Part shown: positions 57,431 through 64,000 of the stretch, one piece after another
How positions within the stretch are numbered: the stretch's first letter is position 1
How the letters are laid out: every line of letters begins with the position of its first letter
DNA from: Nitrososphaerota archaeon
Lineage (GTDB): Archaea; Thermoproteota; Nitrososphaeria; PSMU01
Direction of reading: 5' to 3'
DNA length: 64,000 nucleotides
NCBI GenBank assembly: GCA_040290255.1
Contig: PSMU01000001.1
Location: 128,001-192,000 of the forward strand
The notes under the pieces: generated by a model
What the model saw: the letters and a program-made list of their open reading frames with translations, nothing else
What the model was told of the DNA's origin: nothing
The model's database searches: none
Position numbers and translations under genes: made by a program

Positions 57431-57914
57431 GCCCCGCCTCGAGCCTTCTCACCAGCGCATCCAGCCTATCCCGAAGCTGCCTAAGCCTCTCCAGATGGGC
57501 CCTGACCTTATCGGGTACGTCCTCAAAATACGACGTATAGGCCTCCATCTCCGTCAGCATTTCGGGCGCGCTGCTGGGCCTGCCCCAAAGCGCCCCTAGC
57601 CACCCCCTCCTGAACTCCTTCAGCTCCTGGACCTCGGCCTTTCCCTTCTCCGTCAGGGAGTACCTACCGTCCGCGCCCTTCGCGACAAGCCCCTGCTCCG
57701 CCAGCCTGCTCAGCGTGGGGTAGACGGAGCCAGGACTTGGCCTCCAAGCTCCCCAGGTCATCCTCTCGATCGCATCCATTATCTCGGCTCCGTTCATGGG
57801 CCTCTCTGCAAGCAGCAACAGCACGGTGCCGCCAAGCCCCCCGTAGCCCCTCATGAACCTCCAGCCCAGGAGGCCCGCGAAGAAGGGTGGGAAGGGCCTT
57901 CTCTCCGTATGCAT
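57414..57914 (-). CDS. PadR family transcriptional regulator
   Basis: 'PMNGAEIM..IE', 'RPSPGSVYPTL..L...G', 'YSLTEKG'. Confidence 0.9.
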   Translation of the reverse strand: MHTERRPFPPFFAGLLGWRFMRGYGGLGGTVLLLLAERPMNGAEIMDAIERMTWGAWRPSPGSVYPTLSRLAEQGLVAKGADGRYSLTEKGKAEVQELKEFRRGWLGALWGRPSSAPEMLTEMEAYTSYFEDVPDKVRAHLERLRQLRDRLDALVRRLEAGHGGDN

Positions 57915-57915
57915 G

Positions 57916-57937
57916 TCGATATCGGAATCGATATCGA
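57916..57937. promoter_or_regulatory. Probable PadR operator: perfect inverted repeat TCGATATCG-GAAT-CGATATCGA
   Basis: Lies between the TATA box (57941-57948) and the padR ATG (57914). Confidence 0.7.
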
Positions 57938-58015
57938 TCCTTTATAAGCCTTTCCTATCTCTAAGCTGTTTAGCTAGTTGGTAAGGCTAATAAAAACGCA
58001 CGGCAGCAGGCGCCC

Positions 58016-58963
58016 ATGGCTTCCGGCCCTTCGCTGGACGAGCAGATCACTTCGGCGGTGGAGAGGGTTTACGCTTCCGTGGTAAACGTAAGCACGGTGC
58101 GTCTGGTCTTCGATAACTTCCTTCAGGTGCATCCCGTGCAGGGCATCGGCTCCGGCGTGATCATAGACCCAGGCGGGTACATAGTGACCAACAATCACGT
58201 GGTGGCCAACGCAAACAGGGTCTTCGTCACGCTCCCGAACGGCCAGCAGCTCGAGGGGGGCGTGGTGGGCGCGGATCCCTACTCCGACATCGCGCTCATA
58301 AGGGTTAAGGCCTCAGGCCTAAACGCGGCCTCTTTGGGCGATTCCGATAAGCTCAAGGTGGGGCAGCTGGTCATCGCGATAGGCAATCCCTTTGGCCCGC
58401 TGCTCGGAGGCCCCACGGTGACAATAGGCGTGGTGAGCGCGCTGAAGAGGCATATAGGGGCGGGCGACTTTGTGCTCGAGAACCTGATTCAGACCGATGC
58501 CGCGATCAACCCTGGCAACAGCGGCGGGCCGCTGGTGGATTCAGGGGGCGATGTGATAGGCATAAACACGGCGATGATACCGTTCGCGCAGGGCATAGGG
58601 TTCGCGATCCCCATCAACGCCGTGAAGAGGGCCGTGCAGGATCTCATCCGCTATGGGCGCGTGCTCAGGCCGTGGCTGGGCGTGCTGGCCACCACGCTGA
58701 CCAGGGGCCTCTCCGAGTACTATGGCCTGCAGCCCATCAAGGGGGCGCTCGTGCTGCGCGTAGTCCCCCACGGGCCGGCCTACGAGGCGGGCCTGGAGCC
58801 GGGCGACATCATAACGGCCCTGGATTCAGTGCAGATAAGAAGCGTGGAGGACCTTCACCATGCGGTGCAGGAGAAGAGGGTGGGCGATGTGGTCAGGCTC
58901 GCGATCGTGAGGCAGGACAGGCGGCTCGAGTTGACGGCGGAGCTGAGCGAGCAGCCCTCCTAG
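58016..58963 (+). CDS. htrA: HtrA/DegP-like serine protease with PDZ domain, no signal peptide
   Basis: 'TNNHV', 'DIAL', 'TDAAINPGNSGG', PDZ 'WLGV'. Confidence 0.92.
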   Translation: MASGPSLDEQITSAVERVYASVVNVSTVRLVFDNFLQVHPVQGIGSGVIIDPGGYIVTNNHVVANANRVFVTLPNGQQLEGGVVGADPYSDIALIRVKASGLNAASLGDSDKLKVGQLVIAIGNPFGPLLGGPTVTIGVVSALKRHIGAGDFVLENLIQTDAAINPGNSGGPLVDSGGDVIGINTAMIPFAQGIGFAIPINAVKRAVQDLIRYGRVLRPWLGVLATTLTRGLSEYYGLQPIKGALVLRVVPHGPAYEAGLEPGDIITALDSVQIRSVEDLHHAVQEKRVGDVVRLAIVRQDRRLELTAELSEQPS

Positions 58964-59821
58964 CTACCTCTCCCTCCTGCCCCTAGGGGGCAGATAGGGC
59001 GCAGGTATGTATTCGACCGAGGGGCGGGCCTGGGCCGGCTGTGGGTAAAGGTCCATCAGCTGGTAGACCTCCGGAGGGATCCCCACCCTCACCTCGACGC
59101 CCAGCTCCCTGAGCTTACTGGCCGTGATGGGGTAGTCATGCGTGTACTTCCCGCTCACCAGCTCCTCCGCCAGCCTCTCGGCCCTCTCCTGCCCATACTT
59201 CTGCGCGGTCAGCTCGATGATGAACTCCTTCATCTGCTTGATCGCCTTCTCCGCTATATCCGCCCTGACCAGCATGGCATCGCTGGCCCTCTCCCTCCCC
59301 TTCTGCTCGACGGCCCTGAGCACGGAGACGGCGGGCACCGACCCTCCCCTGGCGTCGGCCAGCTGGGGATCGATGGGCCCCAGCACGGCATGAGGATCCA
59401 TCCAGATTTCGTCGGCGGCCAGCGCGACCAGCGTGCCCCCGCTCATCGCGTAATGCGGCACGACCACGACCTTCTTCGCGGGGTGATCCCTGAGCGCCAT
59501 CGCGATCTGCGCCGCGGCCAGCACGAGCCCGCCGGGCGTGTGGAGTATGAGCGTGATGGGCAGGTTGGGGGGCGTTAGCCTTATCGCCCTCAGCACCTGC
59601 TCCGAGTCCTCTATGTCTATGTACCTGTAGAAGGGTATGCCGAGGAACGAAACCCTCTCCTGCCTGTGTATCATCGCGATGACCCTGGAGCCGGTCTTCT
59701 CCTCTATCCTCCTGATGAGCGAGAGCCTGGCGCCCTGCACCATCCTGTGTCTTAGCTGGGGATAGAGGATGAGGAGCAGCACGACCAGCCAGAAGAGCAG
59801 CGTCAGGTCGAGCTCTGGCAA
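58964..59821 (-). CDS. ClpP-class membrane-anchored serine protease (SDH_sah family)
   Basis: N-terminal TM, 'IHRQE', 'HTPGG', 'AMSGGT', 'THDYPI'. Confidence 0.88.
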   Translation of the reverse strand: MPELDLTLLFWLVVLLLILYPQLRHRMVQGARLSLIRRIEEKTGSRVIAMIHRQERVSFLGIPFYRYIDIEDSEQVLRAIRLTPPNLPITLILHTPGGLVLAAAQIAMALRDHPAKKVVVVPHYAMSGGTLVALAADEIWMDPHAVLGPIDPQLADARGGSVPAVSVLRAVEQKGRERASDAMLVRADIAEKAIKQMKEFIIELTAQKYGQERAERLAEELVSGKYTHDYPITASKLRELGVEVRVGIPPEVYQLMDLYPQPAQARPSVEYIPAPYLPPRGRRER

Positions 59822-59930
59822 GCTACGGCTCCCCCATAGCCCGGCTTAAAAGCCCTTGCCGGCCATCTCCGACCCCTAAACGGGTGATGTGTTGGCAAAG
59901 CTATTTAAAGCTACGAGAGCGGCAAGCGCA

Positions 59931-61709
59931 ATGACGCAGCTTATCGCTATAGAGGGCAGGCTAAAGCAGGGGCAGCTCATCAGGAGGACCCAGAGCATCT
60001 GCCCCGACTGCAACCGCATCCTGCCCGCCTTCGTCTTCGAGAGGGATGGGAAGGTCTGGATGACCAAGACCTGCCCCGAGCACGGCGAGACCGAGGAGCT
60101 CTACTTCGGCTCCTATGAGCTCTATCGCCGCTTCTCGAGCTACTGGACGGAGGGGAAGGGCACCAAGGCCCCCAACGTGCCTATGGAATTCTGCGCGTGC
60201 CCGGCCAACTGCGGGCTCTGCAGCAACCACCTCTCACACACGGGGCTGGCCAACATCATCGTCACAAATAGGTGTGACCTGACCTGCTGGTACTGCTTCT
60301 TCTATGTGAAGAAGGGGCTAGAGGGCTCCTATGTGTATGAGCCCACCATCGAGCAGATCCGGCTCATGGTGAGGGCGCTCAGGGCCGAAAGGCCTGTGCC
60401 GGGCAACTCCGTGCAGATCACGGGAGGGGAGCCCACGCTGAGGGAGGATCTGCCCGAGATCCTTAGGGCCATCAAGGAGGAGGGCGTCGACCATATTCAG
60501 CTCAACACGAACGGCATAAACATCGCGCTCAAGCCCGAGCTCGCCAAGATCTACAGGGAAGCGGGGGCCTCCAACCTCTACCTCTCCTTCGACGGCGTGA
60601 CGCCCAAGACCAACCCCAAGAACCACTGGGAGGTGCCCTACACGCTGGATGCCTGCAGGAGGGCCAACCTGGGCGTGGTGCTGGTGCCCACCGTGATAAA
60701 GAGCATAAACGACCACGAGCTGGGCGCCATAATACGCTTCGGGCAGCGCAACGTGGATATAGTAAGGGCCGTGAACTTCCAGCCCGTCTCGCTCACCGGC
60801 AGGCTCACGAGGAGCGAGAGGGAGAAGTACAGGATAACGATCCCCGACTGCATAAAGCGCATCGAGGAGCAGACGGGCGGCGAGGTGACGGAGGAGGACT
60901 GGTTCCCCGTGCCCTCCTGCGCGCCCGTCACGCACATCATAGAGATGCTGACGAGGAAGCCCCAGTACGAGCTCTCCATTCACTTCGCCTGCGGCGCGGG
61001 CACCTACGTCTTCCAGGATGAGGAGAGCGGCAAGCTGGTGCCCATCACCAGGTTCGTGGACATAAGGGGCCTCTTGGAGTACTTGGAGGACAAGGCCGAG
61101 GAGATAAGATCGGGCAAGCCCACCTACCAAGCCGCCCTGGAGACCGCGATAAGGCTGATGCGCTTCGTGGATGCCAAGAAGCAGCCTAAGGGCCTCGACT
61201 TCAGGAAGGTCTTCCTGGCCATGCTGCTCAAGCACGATTACTCCACCGTGGGCCAGTTCCACCTGAAGAGCCTATTCCTGGGCATGATGCACTTCCAGGA
61301 TAAGTATAACCAGGATGAGGAGAGGCTCCAGAGGTGCGACATCCACTACCTGACGCCCGACCTGCGCATCATACCCTTCTGCAGCTTCAACGTCATACCC
61401 GAGTGGTACCGCGATAGGATCCAGAAGAAGTTCGGCATCCCCGTGGAGGAGTGGGAGAGGCGCAACGGGCGCAAGCTGGAGGATGGGCTCTACAGGGGGA
61501 CGCTGCGCAGGGGCAAGCATCACCCGAACTGCGGCTGTGATATCGCAGGGTATAAGGGCCCAGCTCCGCAGAACGTGATGGAGCCCGGCTGCGGGACCAG
61601 CGGCGTCGTGATCAACACGCCCGGCATGGCCACCATTCACCCCAGCAGGACCGGCGCGGCTACGACGGGCAACGTGGTGCAGCTGGGCAAGAAGCCCAAC
61701 GCCAGCTAG
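59931..61709 (+). CDS. tes: Radical SAM tetraether lipid synthase (Tes/GDGT-MAS, MJ0619 family)
   Basis: 'TQSICPDC..KTCPEHG', 'CPANCGLCSNH', 'CDLTCWYCF', 'NFQPVS', 'RCDIHY..IIPFC'. Confidence 0.85.
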   Translation: MTQLIAIEGRLKQGQLIRRTQSICPDCNRILPAFVFERDGKVWMTKTCPEHGETEELYFGSYELYRRFSSYWTEGKGTKAPNVPMEFCACPANCGLCSNHLSHTGLANIIVTNRCDLTCWYCFFYVKKGLEGSYVYEPTIEQIRLMVRALRAERPVPGNSVQITGGEPTLREDLPEILRAIKEEGVDHIQLNTNGINIALKPELAKIYREAGASNLYLSFDGVTPKTNPKNHWEVPYTLDACRRANLGVVLVPTVIKSINDHELGAIIRFGQRNVDIVRAVNFQPVSLTGRLTRSEREKYRITIPDCIKRIEEQTGGEVTEEDWFPVPSCAPVTHIIEMLTRKPQYELSIHFACGAGTYVFQDEESGKLVPITRFVDIRGLLEYLEDKAEEIRSGKPTYQAALETAIRLMRFVDAKKQPKGLDFRKVFLAMLLKHDYSTVGQFHLKSLFLGMMHFQDKYNQDEERLQRCDIHYLTPDLRIIPFCSFNVIPEWYRDRIQKKFGIPVEEWERRNGRKLEDGLYRGTLRRGKHHPNCGCDIAGYKGPAPQNVMEPGCGTSGVVINTPGMATIHPSRTGAATTGNVVQLGKKPNAS

Positions 61710-61813
61710 CCAGCCCCGAATCCAAGCAGTTTATGACGATCGCCCTCGGCTCAGCTAAGGCTGGGAGCGTGGTCCATAGCAAGGCTCATATAGCCCGCCC
61801 TTTTCATCTACAT

Positions 61814-62080
61814 ATGTTATTCATCGTTCTCGCGAGGTTCAGGAGAAAGCCCACGAAGGAACTGCTGGCCCAGGCGGATAAGCTCCTGGCCGAGATGGAG
61901 AGGGAGGGTGTTAAGGCGCTGGCCGGCTACTGGACGCTCGGCAGGTACGATGCTGTAAGGATTGTGGAGGCCCCTAATGAGGCCGCTATGATGAAGGCTT
62001 CGATCAGGCTCTCCGACATCGTTTCGACCGAGACGCTCGTGGCCCTGAAGAGGGAGGACGCGCTAAGGCTGGTGGAGTAA
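61814..62080 (+). CDS. GYD-domain protein
   Basis: 'YWTLGRYD', 'TETLVA'. Confidence 0.8.
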   Translation: MLFIVLARFRRKPTKELLAQADKLLAEMEREGVKALAGYWTLGRYDAVRIVEAPNEAAMMKASIRLSDIVSTETLVALKREDALRLVE

Positions 62081-62149
62081 GCGCGGCCGACAAAAGGCGG
62101 CGGCCTCTGGCCTAGCCTAGGGCATCGCGCCCTTAGCTCGAATTTTATC

Positions 62150-62715
62150 CAAGGGCCGGCCCTCAGCTGGGCGATACCGCCGTGGTCTTCGGCGCGGGCG
62201 CGATCGGCCTCTTGGTCCTGCTGCTCCTGCGGGCCGCGGGCATCAGGGAGCTGGCGGCCGTCGACCTGAATGAGGCCCGCCTCAGGTGGGCGCAGAGGCT
62301 GGGAGCAAGCCTGAGCCTGAATGCCAGGGAAGTAGATGTGGCCAGGGCCCTTCGGGAGCGCTTCGTGGAGGGCGTGGACATAGCGGTCGATGCCGTCGGC
62401 TCCTCGGGCACCAGGCTGGCCTCGGCGCTGAGCGTTAGGCGGGGAGGGCGCGTGGTGCTCCTGGGCCTGCACGAGAATTCGCTCAACCTAGATGGCAACT
62501 ACGTGGTCAGGAACGAGGTGGAGGTATTGGGCTCCTTCGCATACAGCGATGGGGACTTCGAAAGAGCAACGGCCCTCGTGAACCAGGGCTTGGCAGGGCT
62601 TCAAGAGGGGTGGATAGACATAAGGCCCCTTGAAGAGGGCCAAGAGGCCTTTAGAAGGGTGGCGGAGGGGGTCGAGGGCTATCCTAAGGTGCTGCTCTCG
62701 GCCCATAGGCCCTAG
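62150..62715 (+). pseudogene. 5'-truncated Zn-dependent (MDR) dehydrogenase fragment
   Basis: Begins at the Rossmann 'GDTAVVFGAGAIG', has 'DAVG' and ends 'KVLL'. No room for the N-terminal GroES domain after the stop at 62080. Confidence 0.7.
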
Positions 62716-62851
62716 GCTACCCACATCTACATGCTTAAGTCGGGCGGCCACCCACAGCCTGCCTTACTAGGGCTTTATGCGGTAGTTTCTGGCCTCGGGC
62801 GACGGCTGAAACAACCTGGAACGCGTTTCAAAGGAGCCCCTTTTAGCTCAT

Positions 62852-63376
62852 GTGGCCCCAGGCGGTGTTGTGATCGCGGGAAAGGGGCTGGTGGCGCTGC
62901 TGCTCGTCGCCGGCCTGGTGGCCGCCCTTGGCGCCTCGGCGGTGAGCTACGCCACGCCACATCCCACGCCTGCAGATGCGGAGCACCAAGCCAAGCCCGC
63001 CAAGGAGGCCCGCCAGTTCGGCAAGGGCGGCGCGAAGATAGAGGCGAGGGGCAACGTCTCGTCGTCGAACATCAGCGGCATAGCGCCGGGCGACAAGGTG
63101 AAGGTGGAGGCGAAGCTCCGCGAGGGAAAGAAGCTGGTGCTCGTGGTGCCGGGGAAGGGCAGGGTCGTGGCCAACGTCACGGGCGTGAGCATCGATGCGG
63201 CGAGCGGTAAGGTTAGGGTGAACGCGACGGTGCTGAGCAGCACCCTAGGCGGAATCTCAAAGGGCGACGGGCTCTCGCTGAGCTTCACGCTCACGCAGTT
63301 CACCATAGGGGATACGGCCACGGGCAAGGCGGCGACGGCCAGCACCTTCAAGATGGAATTCGTGAACAGGCCCTAG
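62852..63376 (+). CDS. Hypothetical secreted beta-rich protein
   Basis: Hydrophobic signal-like N-terminus 'LVALLLVAGLVAALGASAVSYA'. Confidence 0.7.
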   Translation: MAPGGVVIAGKGLVALLLVAGLVAALGASAVSYATPHPTPADAEHQAKPAKEARQFGKGGAKIEARGNVSSSNISGIAPGDKVKVEAKLREGKKLVLVVPGKGRVVANVTGVSIDAASGKVRVNATVLSSTLGGISKGDGLSLSFTLTQFTIGDTATGKAATASTFKMEFVNRP

Positions 63377-63456
63377 CATAAGCGCGGGGTTTTTCTTTCG
63401 CTATATCATGCTGGCGTTAAGTTGAACGACATAGCCCAGCGATCGAATCCTTGGTT

Positions 63457-64000
63457 TCACTCGGGCGGTATCTCCTTAAAGGCCAGGTCCACCGCTATTC
63501 CCCTGCGCCTATAGTAAACTTTGTGGGCGTAGTATAGCGCGATCCCTAGGAGGTAAACGCCGACTAAGAAGGCCGTCGAGGGCACGCTGAGGATGCCGAA
63601 CTCCGGGCGCGCCATGTACAGATAGGTGATGAGGGCCATGTAGGCGGCCGTGATGGCGCCTGCTATCGAAATTACGGGCACGCCACCAACCCTATACCTT
63701 GAAGCCGGCGAAGCTTCGTAGTGGGCTCTAGTTTTTGGTCGATATGGGTATAGTATGCCCGCGACCCCCACCGCGAGCCAGGTGATTGTCCCCCCTCCTA
63801 TGAAGGCATTGAGGCCGTAAGTGGAGAAGATGTTGAACGGAGGGAATACGAAGATCCAGAGCAGCACTAAGGCCAGCACGGTGCTGAGGACAATGGCGTT
63901 ATACGGGGTGCCGTAGCGCCCGCCCACTCTGCTTAGGCGCTCAGGCGCAACGCGATCGAGGCTCCACGCCAACATGCAGCGTGTGACCATGAGCATGGAC
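63457..64000 (-). CDS. APC-family amino acid permease, 3' part (runs off window edge)
   Basis: 'R..LAWSLDRVAP', 'GTPYNA', C-terminal 'FKEIPPE'. Confidence 0.85.
   Translation of the reverse strand, partial: SMLMVTRCMLAWSLDRVAPERLSRVGGRYGTPYNAIVLSTVLALVLLWIFVFPPFNIFSTYGLNAFIGGGTITWLAVGVAGILYPYRPKTRAHYEASPASRYRVGGVPVISIAGAITAAYMALITYLYMARPEFGILSVPSTAFLVGVYLLGIALYYAHKVYYRRRGIAVDLAFKEIPPE

Noticed and set aside
52197-61262. Long antisense ORFs (e.g. 54077-54805, 55710-56528, 60318-61262)
   Set aside because: Shadow frames of GC-rich genes, with no motifs.
62080-62182. A missing upstream exon for the MDR dehydrogenase fragment
   Set aside because: Only about 70-100 nt separate it from the previous stop; there is no GroES-domain sequence and no BHB seen.
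1-64000. CRISPR arrays, IS elements, integrases, inteins, rRNA
   Set aside because: No regularly spaced repeats, transposase or recombinase motifs, intein-sized inserts or rRNA-like stretches were seen by eye.

Overview
Gene-dense archaeal chromosome segment. Gene content and style (Dph5 with C-terminal extension, short L15e, NuoD starting GPQHPGSGH, GPN GTPase, Tes-like radical SAM, many leaderless GTG/TTG starts) suggest a TACK archaeon, probably a basal Nitrososphaerota relative (inference). It carries about 65 CDSs: information processing, cofactor synthesis, a tRNA-processing cluster, a divergent methylcitrate/methylmalonyl-CoA mutase locus, a PolB with degenerate exonuclease motifs, and a tetraether synthase. 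It also has 7 tRNA genes, one decayed DHH pseudogene, one dehydrogenase fragment and two micro-ORFs missed by the ORF track. Main finding: nuoD (complex I quinone-binding subunit) is interrupted inside its conserved GPQ|HP motif by a 16-nt insert (12253-12268, minus strand). The insert carries tandem stop codons and folds into a perfect bulge-helix-bulge motif. Removing it at the canonical EndA cut sites exactly restores a 378-aa NuoD, making it a candidate tRNA-type pre-mRNA intron in an archaeal gene other than cbf5. Four tRNAs carry five BHB-type introns, three at non-canonical positions, including one splitting the tRNA-Pro(GGG) anticodon. No CRISPR array, rRNA, transposase or integrase was seen. 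All calls were made by eye; no searches were run.
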